A stretch of DNA of 64,000 nucleotides, taken from positions 1,760,001 through 1,824,000 of the forward strand of contig CBDFJF010000001.1 of NCBI GenBank assembly GCA_965248265.1, read 5' to 3'. Source of the DNA: Candidatus Latescibacterota bacterium. GTDB lineage: Bacteria > Latescibacterota > UBA2968 > UBA8231. Both the position numbers and the translations under genes were made by a program. Below are positions 27,457 to 37,536 of the stretch, piece after piece; position 1 is the first letter of the stretch, and each line of letters opens with the position of its first letter. Under the pieces are notes generated by a model. The model made no database searches, was not told the DNA's origin, and saw only the letters and a list, made by a program, of their open reading frames with translations.

Positions 27457-29091
27457 ATGACGGCAGCCGACCTCCTCGTCGACGAACTGAAGGCCCGAGG
27501 CGTTCCCTTCATCTCCACCCTCAATGGCCATGGACTGGATCCCTTCTACCTGGCGTGCCGCCGCGCCGGCATGCGCATGATCGATGTGCGCAACGAACAG
27601 GCGGCCAGTTACATGGCCGAAGTGACCGGCCGGCTCAGTCGTTGTGTCGGTGTTTGTGCGGTCAGCGGCGCCGTCGCCCACGCCAACGGCCTTACCGGGG
27701 TGCTCAATGCCTGGTTCGACGGGGCTCCCATGCTGTTGATTACTGGTATGACCCCGCTGGCTCGTCTGGGGTATGGCGATTTCCAGGACTTCAATCCGGT
27801 GCCGATGGCGTCCCCGATTTGCAAGTACGCCCGGGTCATCGACGTCCCAGAATTGACCAGGCAGATCGTCCACGAGGCGTTCGAGGCGGCGACCTCCGGC
27901 CGCCCCGGCCCGGTTCATCTGGCGTTGCCAATGGACGTGGCCGCAGCTGAGGTCGATGACGCGCAGATTCCGCAGTCGAGAGTCAGAAGTGGTCAGGTCC
28001 GTCCTGGTGGCGCAGCCGAGCAAGTCCTGATCGAAGATGCCGTCCAACGGTTGCTTCGCTCAAAACGCCCCGTCCTGATCGCCGGCAGCGGCGTATACTA
28101 CTCGCGAGGCGAGACCGTGCTGGCCGACTTCATGCGCCAGCAACAGATCCCAACTCTGGTACCCAACTGGGACCGGGGCAGCATTGTCGGTCGGCTGGAG
28201 CCCTTCGTGGGGGTCGTCGGCTCAGCTTCGGGCAGTCCCGCCATATTGCCGGATGCCGATCTCGTCATCCTGGCCGGGGTTGAGTTCGACTATCGCATCG
28301 GACAGCTCGATCCGCCCACGGTCAGCGCGGACGCCGATATCATCCGGATCCATGCGGATGCATCTCGTTTACGCCAGGGCTCCGATGCTGGATTGTCGAT
28401 TCAGGCCTCGCCGGCCGTTGCCCTGGATCAGCTGACCCGGGCGTGTCTCGAGTTGCCGTGTCCGCCTTGCGGCGAGTGGCTGGCCGAGGCAAAGCAGCGA
28501 CGCAACGACTTCCGTGAGCGATGCCGCGTCGCTGCCGACAAGCTTCCTCCGGGGATTTCAGGACGCGATGTGGTGGATGTACTTGCCAATGTCCTCACGG
28601 ACGATACGGTCGTCCTTGTCGATGGCGGCAACATAGGACAATGGTTTCACCAGCTCCTGGACCGCTACCCTGGCCACTGGGTCAGCTGCGGAGCCAGCGG
28701 CGTCATCGGCTGGGGCTTGCCCGGCGCGATGGCGGCCCGCGCCCTGTACCCGGAACGCCCAGTGATCCTGCTCTCCGGCGATGGCTCCTTCACCTTCACG
28801 GTCGCTGAATTGGAATGCGCGGCACGGCAGAGGTTATCGTTCGTGGCCGTGGTTGCCGACGATGAGTGTTGGGGCATATCGGTGACCGGCCAGCAGCAGC
28901 GTTACGGCGAACCGCTCTACAGCGACCTTGGACCGACGCGACTGGATCTGGTCGCCGAGGGCTTCGGGTGCCGCGGCGTCAGAGTCGAACAGATCGACCT
29001 CCTTCAGGATGAGATCGAAGCAGGGCTTGCAGCTGATCGGCCGACAGTTATCCAGGTCCCCATCGTGCATGGTGGACCGGGTGGCCAGTGA
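27457..29091 (+). CDS. Thiamine pyrophosphate-binding enzyme (acetolactate synthase-like)
   Basis: DVRNEQAASYMA, RPGPVHLALP and GDGSF TPP motif. Confidence 0.9.
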   Translation: MTAADLLVDELKARGVPFISTLNGHGLDPFYLACRRAGMRMIDVRNEQAASYMAEVTGRLSRCVGVCAVSGAVAHANGLTGVLNAWFDGAPMLLITGMTPLARLGYGDFQDFNPVPMASPICKYARVIDVPELTRQIVHEAFEAATSGRPGPVHLALPMDVAAAEVDDAQIPQSRVRSGQVRPGGAAEQVLIEDAVQRLLRSKRPVLIAGSGVYYSRGETVLADFMRQQQIPTLVPNWDRGSIVGRLEPFVGVVGSASGSPAILPDADLVILAGVEFDYRIGQLDPPTVSADADIIRIHADASRLRQGSDAGLSIQASPAVALDQLTRACLELPCPPCGEWLAEAKQRRNDFRERCRVAADKLPPGISGRDVVDVLANVLTDDTVVLVDGGNIGQWFHQLLDRYPGHWVSCGASGVIGWGLPGAMAARALYPERPVILLSGDGSFTFTVAELECAARQRLSFVAVVADDECWGISVTGQQQRYGEPLYSDLGPTRLDLVAEGFGCRGVRVEQIDLLQDEIEAGLAADRPTVIQVPIVHGGPGGQ

Positions 29092-29120
29092 CGAGCCGCG
29101 TTTCTGACGCCGCCGAACTC

Positions 29121-29693
29121 CTACTTGCCCTTGTCGACGACGAGGCTGAGGTTGACGTTGCGCAGTGGCAGGAACACACCCAGGTAGTGCTCCATCATCT
29201 TGGACTTTTTTGCCAGCCGAAAAAGTGCCCGCGCTAACGGTCCGGGCCGGATGCCAAAACAGTCGAGGCTTCCGGCCGCAATCGTAAACGGAATCGGCGG
29301 CACACTCTGGGCAAAGTAGCCGTAGGTAGCGCCGTACTTCGTGGTCGGATCGAAGTGATCGAATGCCCTGCAACCGAGAAACTTGCGGTGGGTGATATCG
29401 TTGTGAGCACCCGGCGAGCTGTAGTGCGGGAAGCGCACCGTGACGAGTGCCTGATCAGTGGCAACACGGTGAATTTCCTCAAGCAAGGCAGCGATGTCGG
29501 AGACGTGTTCGACAAAGTCCTGCAGGTTGATGCGGGTGAAGGAGCCGTCTCTGAAAGGGATGTGTGTGCCCGGATCATAGCAGTAGCGCACGTCGATGCC
29601 GGAAAGACTGGGATGCATGTCGACACCGATGGAGCCGGGCAACTTGCTCTGCCCGCATCCCAAATCGAGTATGCGTTCTGCTGTTTGTGACAT
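29121..29693 (-). CDS. Class I SAM-dependent methyltransferase
   Basis: ILDLGCG, IPFRDGSF, VEHV and LLEEIHRV. Confidence 0.85.
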   Translation of the reverse strand: MSQTAERILDLGCGQSKLPGSIGVDMHPSLSGIDVRYCYDPGTHIPFRDGSFTRINLQDFVEHVSDIAALLEEIHRVATDQALVTVRFPHYSSPGAHNDITHRKFLGCRAFDHFDPTTKYGATYGYFAQSVPPIPFTIAAGSLDCFGIRPGPLARALFRLAKKSKMMEHYLGVFLPLRNVNLSLVVDKGK

Positions 29694-29957
29694 GCTGCTT
29701 CCCTTTGACTCGTGCGATTGACGAGCCCCTCGTGTTTCAGAGTGTGACAACCGCCTGATTCGGTCAAGGTCGCATCGAACGCAGTCTCATCCCTCGCTCC
29801 CAGATGCCTTATATTTTGCGGGAACCGGCATTCCGATAGTACGTGTCCGGAGTAACCCCTTGCTAAAAGGCACCTCCAAATGATCGCAATTCAAGAGCCC
29901 TCCGCGGGCTCGCCGTCCATTCACTTCTTCACGTGCTGGTAGTCGTGTCAGGACCCG

Positions 29958-31520
29958 GTGACATTGCCCACCGTTGACACCCAGACACACGCATCTCGCG
30001 AAGAGCTGGACGCGGACATAAGCGACCTGACCCGAGGCTCGCTGGTCACCTTCGTCGGCAAGTTGGGACGCCTGTCTAGGGGGGCCTTCATCTGGGTCAT
30101 TACTCTGCTGTGCGGAACCGAGGTGCAGGGTCTGTATTCCGCCGCATGGGGTTTGGTCTCAACCGTAAACCGAGTTGCTCACTTCGGCATGGAGCGTGGC
30201 GTCGTTCGTTTCCTGACAGCTGCCAGACGCGGCGACGGTGACGAGGGGGAAAGCGCCGTCATAGGTGCAGCGCTTCGAATCGGATTGACGGCCAGCATAC
30301 TCACATCGCTAACCTTGTTTCTGACAGCAGACTACCTGGAAGCCTATTTCGACGAACCTATCGGCACTGCCATATTGATTGTCGCATTCACGGCACCATT
30401 TACGGCGTTAACCGGTATTTTCGTCGCCGCCACGCGCGCCTTACGGATCATGCGCTACGATGTATACGTCACGTCCATTGCCGGCCCGCTCATTCTCCTG
30501 GTTGGCGGTGTCGCGGCCGGACTGACTGGAGCGGGGTTGCACGGTGTGATGTACGCTCAGCTCGCCATGACCATTGGAGCATGTCTGTTATCGGTCGTGT
30601 ATTTTCGTCACTTCTTCCGGTTGGGGGCTTCTGTTCGTCGCATCTGGAATACTCCATGGCGTCCACTTGCCAGCTTCTCTTCTCCGGTCATGCTCGCCGA
30701 TGTGTTGTCGGGAATCCTGACTCAACTCGACGGGATCATGTTGTTGAAGATGGCATCTGCCCACGATGTGGGCATCTTCGTGTTGGCACGGCGACTGGCG
30801 AGCACGATGCTCAAACCGTTGCAGTCGGTCGACCCTATTTTCAGCTCTGTGGTCAGCGATCTGTCGGCCGGCGGCAAGCACGCCGAACTCCAGCATCGCT
30901 TCGGGGTCGTATCCAGATGGGTCCTCATCATCAATCTGCCGATTCTGGCGATTCTGCTACTGATAGGCTACGAGCTGCTACCGCTGGTAGATAAGACAGG
31001 CCAGATGGCCGGGATGGCCGATGTCGAACTGGGTTTCTCAATCCTGCTAGTTCTGTGCGTCGGCATGCTGATTCAGGGTATCTACGGAATTGCCGAACCG
31101 CTGATCGCCATGTGCGGCCGGCCGCAACTCAACCTCTACAACAACATCGTCTGGTTGATCGCCAACTTCGGTCTCAATCTTTGGCTGATCTCTGCGTACG
31201 GGATCATGGGTGCTGCGATCGGAGCGACTGTGGCCGTCGTGCTCGTAAACATCATTCGGGTCCTGCAGCTGTACTGGATACAGAAGTTCAAACCATTCGA
31301 CAGAACACAGCTCAAGCCTGTCTTCGCTGCCGCCTCGAGTGGCCTGCTCACATGGCTGGTGTCAGCCCAGCTTCCCTCTGGCGTCCTTTGGGCCGTAGCC
31401 ACCCTGCTTTTGTTTCTCGCTTCCTATTTGCTGGTGCTGCGGGCACTGGGACTGGAAGAAGAGGACAGGCTGGCAATGAGCCGAATCCGCGAACGTCTGC
31501 GCCGGAGTCCTCCCAAATGA
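29958..31520 (+). CDS. Oligosaccharide flippase (Wzx/MATE-like)
   Basis: Many TM helices and LNLWLISAYGIMGAAIG motif. Confidence 0.85.
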   Translation: MTLPTVDTQTHASREELDADISDLTRGSLVTFVGKLGRLSRGAFIWVITLLCGTEVQGLYSAAWGLVSTVNRVAHFGMERGVVRFLTAARRGDGDEGESAVIGAALRIGLTASILTSLTLFLTADYLEAYFDEPIGTAILIVAFTAPFTALTGIFVAATRALRIMRYDVYVTSIAGPLILLVGGVAAGLTGAGLHGVMYAQLAMTIGACLLSVVYFRHFFRLGASVRRIWNTPWRPLASFSSPVMLADVLSGILTQLDGIMLLKMASAHDVGIFVLARRLASTMLKPLQSVDPIFSSVVSDLSAGGKHAELQHRFGVVSRWVLIINLPILAILLLIGYELLPLVDKTGQMAGMADVELGFSILLVLCVGMLIQGIYGIAEPLIAMCGRPQLNLYNNIVWLIANFGLNLWLISAYGIMGAAIGATVAVVLVNIIRVLQLYWIQKFKPFDRTQLKPVFAAASSGLLTWLVSAQLPSGVLWAVATLLLFLASYLLVLRALGLEEEDRLAMSRIRERLRRSPPK

Positions 31521-32632
31521 GAATCTGCCTGGACGCCCGCCAGATTCGCCGTTACCCGACCGGCCTGGGCAGCTATGCCAGGTACCTGGTCCAGCATCTG
31601 GCAGCCATCGACGATGACCATGACTACGTCGTCCTGCGCCACGACGCAGATTCCCCTGTCGTCGAAAAGCACAATTTCACGGAGATCACCCTTCCCTACA
31701 CCATCTTCACCTTGCGCAACATGCTCGCTGGAGCAGGTGCGGTGCACCGCGTCGAGGCCGACATCTACCACTCCCTGTTCCACTTCCTACCACTCGGAGG
31801 CGGATTGCCGAGAACGGTCGTAACGCTGCACGACCTCATCGCCGTCGAACACAGCAAGCTGTCACTCGACTCTCCAGCGAAACGGTGGTGGAAGAGCAAC
31901 TGCGTGCGTCCTCTGCTGCGTCATGCTCTCAGCAAGGCGGACCACATCGTGGCTGATTCTGATAGCACGCGCAGTGCGGCGCTGGCTCGCTACCAGCTGG
32001 AACCTGGACGCATCACTACCGTTCAGCCGGGCGTTGACACCCATCGGTGGAATGCGACAGGTAGCGTCACGCCGCCCGACGTCGCGCGTTCTGCCAACAG
32101 ACGTTTCATTTTCAGCCTGGGTAATACGCACCCTTACAAGAACGTACCGAGGTTGCTTCACGCCTTTGCCAGCATCGCCCCGTCCTTCCCGGAGGTCGAT
32201 CTCGTCGTCTCCGGGCACGGCCGCGCTTACGCGACATTGCAACGGCTCGCTGATCGCGCCGGCATCAGTGCTCGCGTCAAGTTCACTGGAACCGCCAGTG
32301 ATGAGGAGGTGAAGGGTTGTTTCAAGGAAGCCCTGTTCTTCGCCTTCCCTTCCCTGGTTGAGGGCTTCGGGCTGCCCGTCCTGGAGGCCATGGCCTGTGG
32401 TTGCCCAGTCCTGACCTCCGACTGCTCCGCACTCAAGGAAGTCGCCGAGGGCGCCGCCGAGTTGGTCGATCCCACGGACGTCAATGCCATAGCAGCCGGG
32501 ATGTCCAAACTGATTCAGCAGGAGGGGTTGAGGCGTGGTCTTATCGAGCGTGGTAAGACGCGAGCCAGTGGGATGACGTGGGAGCAGACAGCCCGCCAGA
32601 TGGTCGCCGTCTACCGGGAACTGGCCGCCTGA
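31517..32632 (+). CDS. Glycosyltransferase family 4
   Basis: VVTLHDLI, HPYKN and FPSLVEGFGLPVLEAMACG. Confidence 0.95.
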   Translation: MRICLDARQIRRYPTGLGSYARYLVQHLAAIDDDHDYVVLRHDADSPVVEKHNFTEITLPYTIFTLRNMLAGAGAVHRVEADIYHSLFHFLPLGGGLPRTVVTLHDLIAVEHSKLSLDSPAKRWWKSNCVRPLLRHALSKADHIVADSDSTRSAALARYQLEPGRITTVQPGVDTHRWNATGSVTPPDVARSANRRFIFSLGNTHPYKNVPRLLHAFASIAPSFPEVDLVVSGHGRAYATLQRLADRAGISARVKFTGTASDEEVKGCFKEALFFAFPSLVEGFGLPVLEAMACGCPVLTSDCSALKEVAEGAAELVDPTDVNAIAAGMSKLIQQEGLRRGLIERGKTRASGMTWEQTARQMVAVYRELAA

Positions 32633-32641
32633 GTAGCCCCG

Positions 32642-32711
32642 TCATGTTGATTGCAATAGTCGCAGCGATCGCCCTCCGCTCATGTTGATTGCAATAGTCG
32701 CAGCGATCGCC
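32642..32711 (+). repeat. Two perfect 32-bp direct repeats spanning a start codon
   Basis: TCATGTTGATTGCAATAGTCGCAGCGATCGCC at 32642-32673 and 32680-32711. Confidence 0.9.
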
Positions 32712-33716
32712 ATCGCCATCGCCATCGGCGTAGCCGCTTTCATCGGCTACCGAGCCCGCGTGAACGGGCCGTTCGAACCGACACATTACATATGGTTTCG
32801 CGGCCTCGGACTGCTGTGCGACAAGAACGGGGGCCTGGACTTCCTCAAGCGCCAGCGCGGCAGCCGCGAATCCATGCCCCTCGACCTCGACGAGTACGCC
32901 AACATCAGGGACGGCGATCTGGTCTGGGTCCGCCACCTCGCCCTGCCGCAGTTTGCCGACCTCGTGTTGCCGACCATCAGTGCCCGCTTCGGACTGGTAT
33001 CAGGCGACGAAGATTGGGGAATACCCTCAGGATTCTCCGACGCTGACAGGATCCTCGAATGCCAGCACCTCGTGCACTGGTTCACGCAGAACTACGATGG
33101 CACCGATACCAGCGGCAAGATATCAGGCCTGCCACTAGGCCTGGACTTTCACACCATCAGCAATCGGCGCAAGTGGGGACACTGGCCGATGACGCCACGA
33201 CAACAGGAGACCCAGCTCAAGGAGATCGTCGTCAGCATGCCGCCGACGGCCGCCCGCACCCGGCTGGTACACGCGGACTTTCACCTCAACAAGCTTAAGA
33301 AGCAGGTCTGGGGTGAAGGACGCATCGAGGTGGAGGCAACCCTGCGCGGCAATCAGTCTATCTATTTCGAGGAGCGCAAGATTCGGCGGCTGGATTCGTG
33401 GAAGAAGAAGACGACCTTCGCCTTCGAAGTGAGCCCCCACGGCAACGGTCTCGACTGCTTGCGCACCTGGGAGTCCCTCGTCCTCGGCAACATCGTCATC
33501 GTCAAGCGCTCTTCATTGGACCCGTTGTACGAAGGGTTGCCCGTCGTCATCCTGGAGGATTGGGACGAGATAACGGAGGCCAATCTGGATCGTTGGCTGG
33601 AACTACACGCGACTGCCTTTGACGATCCGGCCATGCAGGAACGGCTCACCAACAAGCACTGGATCGAATACATGAGAGGGAAGATGCGATCGCTGATGGA
33701 TAGCGCGTCCTCGTAG
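32682..33716 (+). CDS. Membrane-anchored glycosyltransferase-like protein (exostosin-like C-terminus)
   Basis: N-terminal TM, HWFTQN, LPLGLD and FEVSPHGNGLDCLRTWESLVLG. Confidence 0.65.
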   Translation: MLIAIVAAIAIAIAIGVAAFIGYRARVNGPFEPTHYIWFRGLGLLCDKNGGLDFLKRQRGSRESMPLDLDEYANIRDGDLVWVRHLALPQFADLVLPTISARFGLVSGDEDWGIPSGFSDADRILECQHLVHWFTQNYDGTDTSGKISGLPLGLDFHTISNRRKWGHWPMTPRQQETQLKEIVVSMPPTAARTRLVHADFHLNKLKKQVWGEGRIEVEATLRGNQSIYFEERKIRRLDSWKKKTTFAFEVSPHGNGLDCLRTWESLVLGNIVIVKRSSLDPLYEGLPVVILEDWDEITEANLDRWLELHATAFDDPAMQERLTNKHWIEYMRGKMRSLMDSASS

Positions 33717-33764
33717 ACGTGGCCATGCTGAAAATCGGTGGCTGACACAGCGACCACCTGGCCT

Positions 33765-34238
33765 TCAATCATGTTGCGATTGCTGATCACTCTGCCTGCG
33801 ACCCTCGCTACGCACCCCGCCACCGACGACGAGAGCCGCGCTCACGAGAGCAAGGTTCTTGATGATGTACTGCCCTTCCAGGGTCAACCCGTACGGCACG
33901 CTGGTGAAGCAGATGTCAGGAAGCAGGATCAGAGGCAGCACCGTTCCCGGCATCTGAATGAAGAGCAACAGGATGCCGGCGCGTATCAGCGGCCGCACGA
34001 TCAGGCACACCCCAATCGCCACCTCCCACCAGCCTAAAACGGGGACGAAGACCTCCGAGGGAAACCAGTAGACGGTCGCCTCGACCAGGCCCTGCGCCGG
34101 GCTGATTCCGAACAGCTTGAGAATCCCGAACCAGATGAAGATGACGCCCAGCGATACACGCAGCGCCGGCGACCCCCAGCGGGACATGAAATTGGCGATG
34201 GCCAGGTCCCACCGGGCTATGAGTTGAGGATCGATCAA
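33765..34238 (-). CDS. DoxX family membrane protein
   Basis: LRVSLGVIFIWFGILK and EGQYIIKNL. Confidence 0.85.
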   Translation of the reverse strand: MIDPQLIARWDLAIANFMSRWGSPALRVSLGVIFIWFGILKLFGISPAQGLVEATVYWFPSEVFVPVLGWWEVAIGVCLIVRPLIRAGILLLFIQMPGTVLPLILLPDICFTSVPYGLTLEGQYIIKNLALVSAALVVGGGVRSEGRRQSDQQSQHD

Positions 34239-35041
34239 ACCCTTCTGTTCGCCAATACTTCAACGTGCCGTTGCCAGGTTCCGGCGATGGGCTCTCCGTG
34301 TTCGGCCGTACCGTCTGAGGCGCCTGGACCAGTAAGAATTGGATTGGGAAACCCTTCCCTCCTGGGCTCGGGCTTGCGGAAATGGTCGACGTGCAGGAAG
34401 TGGTAGGCCGCTCCCGCCCGTGGACTATCTGTGGTGTTGGCCCTGGTGCAGTGGGGCGTTCCATAGCAGAAGAACACGACACCGCCCGCCTTGATCTCGC
34501 ACGCCACGGCCTGCGCTTCATCGACCTCGCAATGGATGTGGTGATCGCTATTCAGATCTCGCCCATGCTCGAGGTTTTCTTTAAAGGCATCCGGCAGTAC
34601 ATGTAATGTCCCGTTGGCGATGGTCCCGTCGTGGATGGCGATCCACATCGCCGTTCCCTTCAACGGATCCTCGATCTTGAAGTAACCGTTGTCCTGGTGC
34701 CAGCCCGTGCCCGCACCATGCCTTGGCGGTTTGAGGAATACTTGATCCAGATGCAACACGAACGGCGAGCCGATCAATGCGGTCACCGCCTCCAACACCT
34801 TGGACTCGAACGGCAGCGCTCGGAACAGATCGCTGTGTGGCGACATCGGGCAAAGCTGCAGGTTCGCTTTTGCGCTGGATGGTGTTTGACCGTCCCCGTC
34901 CGTACTCACGTTTCTGATCAGCTGGTCCTTTTCGAAGCGCTCGATCTCTGTCCACATCGCCGCCACTTCAACGGGCGTGAAGAAATCTTCGACGATGACG
35001 TACCCATGACTTCGAAAGTGGTCTACCTGTTCAGTTTGCAT
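34235..35041 (-). CDS. PhyH family dioxygenase
   Basis: EQVDHFRSHGY, FLKPP, WHQDN and TPHCT. Confidence 0.9.
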   Translation of the reverse strand: MQTEQVDHFRSHGYVIVEDFFTPVEVAAMWTEIERFEKDQLIRNVSTDGDGQTPSSAKANLQLCPMSPHSDLFRALPFESKVLEAVTALIGSPFVLHLDQVFLKPPRHGAGTGWHQDNGYFKIEDPLKGTAMWIAIHDGTIANGTLHVLPDAFKENLEHGRDLNSDHHIHCEVDEAQAVACEIKAGGVVFFCYGTPHCTRANTTDSPRAGAAYHFLHVDHFRKPEPRREGFPNPILTGPGASDGTAEHGEPIAGTWQRHVEVLANRRV

Positions 35042-35199
35042 GCGCTTGGTTCCGTGTTTGGTCCGAGGACGAGATTTGGTGGAAACTTGAGGCCGGAGTT
35101 CCTGACGCGCAACCGCCTCGACAGCTGGAATCGGCTTTACCACACTCTCCAATCACAGTCTAATACACCTATCAAGGGCCAACCGGCGGCAGAGGAACT

Positions 35200-35929
35200 A
35201 TGGCAGACCGCACATCGCTCGTCCCCCACTACACATTTTCCCGGTACCCTCGAGGAGCAGGAAGCCGCGCTGGCCACCAACCCGCTAATGCAACGGTTGA
35301 TTGAGTCGCGGGCAACCTATGCCGATGACCCTCATCGCCCCGCCTACCACTACGTCAACCCGGAGGCAATGCTCAACGACCCCAACGGCCTGTGCTACTG
35401 GCAGGGGCATTGGCACCTGTTCTATCAGGCCTATCCGCCTGAGGATACTCGTCAGCACTGGGGCCACGCCATCTCGAAGGACCTGGTCCACTGGCGCGAC
35501 CTGCCCTATTGCATCTACCCGGACCCAGAGGACAAGTGTTTCTCGGGGGCTGCGTTGGTGGAGGAGAACCGGGTCATCGCTATGTACCATGGGACAGAAG
35601 CCGGCAACATGGTCGCGATCTCCGACGACCCGCTGCTGCTGAACTGGACCAAGGTCGGTGACAGGGCCGTCATTCCGATGCCGGAACCCGATTCAAATGC
35701 GCCATATCGTGTGTTCGATCCCTGTATCTGGAAAAAGGACGGGCGCTACTATTCGCTGTCAGCCGGCACCAAGCCCGAGGGACCGGCCGGCAAGCCGGTG
35801 CGCGCCAACTTTCTCTTCAAATCAGAGGACCTGGAACATTGGACCTACCTGCACCCCTTCGTCGAAGACGACGCCTTCACTCTGGTTGGGGATGACGGCG
35901 CCTGTCCCTACTTCTGGCCGATCGGTGAC
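35200..35929 (+). pseudogene. Glycoside hydrolase family 32, 5' frameshift and 3' truncation
   Basis: NDPNG, WHLFYQ, WGHAISKDLVHW and CFSG; AGAGGA RBS before ATG 35200, which is out of frame by +1 at TTTTCCC (35236-35242); family-like sequence stops after CPYFWPIGD. Confidence 0.75.
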
Positions 35930-36135
35930 GCGTCTACCCCGAGCGCAGCGACAGTCTTGGAGTGTCCTTTCGCTCTCAGGGAACCACCAGCAGCATCCAC
36001 TCGCTCGACGCCTGGCAGATGAAGTCGATCTGGTGATCGCAACTGGGGAAATTCCTGATCACATTCAGCAACCACTAAGAGAACGGAGTTCTCCGCGTGC
36101 AGAGCTGTAATTGATTCTGATGGGCTAATAGAGCC

Positions 36136-37536
36136 TCAACAGGCCCGAAAACGGATCGAGAACAGGTCCGCGTCCTTGAGCACAAACCGCAGGTGCACGG
36201 CCTTCCCGGCGAGTCGACTCACGTCGCTGCCGCCGCGCCAGGTGACGGCGTGTTCGATCTCGTCACCGTAGATTTCCGGACACTCACGCAGTGTGTACCC
36301 GGGTACCGGCTTGCCGGCAGCATCGCGTATCTCGACTCGCACACTGCCGGCCGCGGAGGTCGCATAGTTCATAACCAGCTCACGCCCGGTAAAGCGCAGG
36401 GTCTTTGTGAGCAGCTCGCCCCCACGATTGGACGCATGCACCGCAACGAAGCCATCGAGCCGCAGGGTGTGACGTCGCAACCGGCATGGACCGGTCACGT
36501 AGTTCTCGTGGGAGTAGAGTGACAGCTCCGTCGGCATACTGGACAGTTCCGGCGCCGTCTCGAGTATACCCCACGCCATCAGGTTGGTGCGTTGAGACCA
36601 CCGTTCGCGCATGGGACCGGGACGCAGGAATGCCTCGCCCCAGCGATGCCAGTGCTTGCCGCCGTCGCGGCTTGTCATGTACAAACTGTCAGACACCCCG
36701 GGGAAAGGGTGCTCGGTAACCTTCGTGCGCTCTTTCAGAAAGCGCATGGGAAACCCCATCAGGATGTGCGGAGCGCGGAAGTACGCCACCGTCGCGTTGG
36801 TGTAGAGTTCCTCGCTCGGCGCGTCCCCAAATTCCACCCACTCCGGATCCGTCCAGTTGACGAAGTCGGATGACGTACAGACCATGATGTTGCGGACGCC
36901 GTCACGCCGACAGCGGAGAAACATGGCGTAATGACCGCGCTCTTCATCCCAGAACGCCAGGTTCTGTGAGTCGAACATGTTCGGCAATGTGCCTTTGACG
37001 ACGGGCTGACGACGCAGCAGCTTCCAACGCAAACCGTCCGGTGAGACGTAGGCGAAAAGGGCGTCCTTGCCCTTGCTCCCAAGCGCCTTGTAACGCCGGC
37101 TTGGCGGACAGGCGGGATTCGTGTCCCGGAATGGCGTGAAGTTATGGCTGCCGACCCCGTCCCAGACAACGTTGTTCGCGGTCGAACCGCGGAACTCGCA
37201 AAAACCCAGCTTCGGTCGGACCCAACGGATGCCGTCCTGACTTTCAGCGCAGCACGCGACCTCATGCGCAGCGATGGTGCGCGACTTCATGGTTGCACCG
37301 CGGTAGTAGAGGCGCATTATGTCGCCATCCCTGAACACCGTGTAGAAGGCGCACCCGGGGCCTTCCCACGGCTTGGTGAAGCTGATGACCACCTCGCGCG
37401 GAGTGGGGGCCTGGAGCCTCAGCGAAGCTCCGCGCAAACGCTCAATCAGATAGTCGTCAACGAACAACTCCAGGCGTGAACCGAGGTCAATGACCCCACG
37501 CCGGCTCGCCGGCAAATTTTCCCCCAATGTTGACAT
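36136..37536 (-). CDS. Hypothetical beta-propeller glycosidase-like protein
   Basis: ELFVDDYLI, Asp-box repeats SQDGIRW, SPDGLRW, SSDFVNW, SRDGGKHW and LRLDGF. Confidence 0.75.
   Translation of the reverse strand: MSTLGENLPASRRGVIDLGSRLELFVDDYLIERLRGASLRLQAPTPREVVISFTKPWEGPGCAFYTVFRDGDIMRLYYRGATMKSRTIAAHEVACCAESQDGIRWVRPKLGFCEFRGSTANNVVWDGVGSHNFTPFRDTNPACPPSRRYKALGSKGKDALFAYVSPDGLRWKLLRRQPVVKGTLPNMFDSQNLAFWDEERGHYAMFLRCRRDGVRNIMVCTSSDFVNWTDPEWVEFGDAPSEELYTNATVAYFRAPHILMGFPMRFLKERTKVTEHPFPGVSDSLYMTSRDGGKHWHRWGEAFLRPGPMRERWSQRTNLMAWGILETAPELSSMPTELSLYSHENYVTGPCRLRRHTLRLDGFVAVHASNRGGELLTKTLRFTGRELVMNYATSAAGSVRVEIRDAAGKPVPGYTLRECPEIYGDEIEHAVTWRGGSDVSRLAGKAVHLRFVLKDADLFSIRFRAC

Noticed and set aside
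32642-32711. 32-bp direct repeat as a mini CRISPR array
   Set aside because: Only two copies with a 6-bp spacer, overlapping a coding start, and no cas genes.
34631-35199. N-terminal half of the 463-aa ORF 34631-36022
   Set aside because: It is the antisense shadow of the PhyH gene; the real GH32 start is ATG 35200 with its own RBS.
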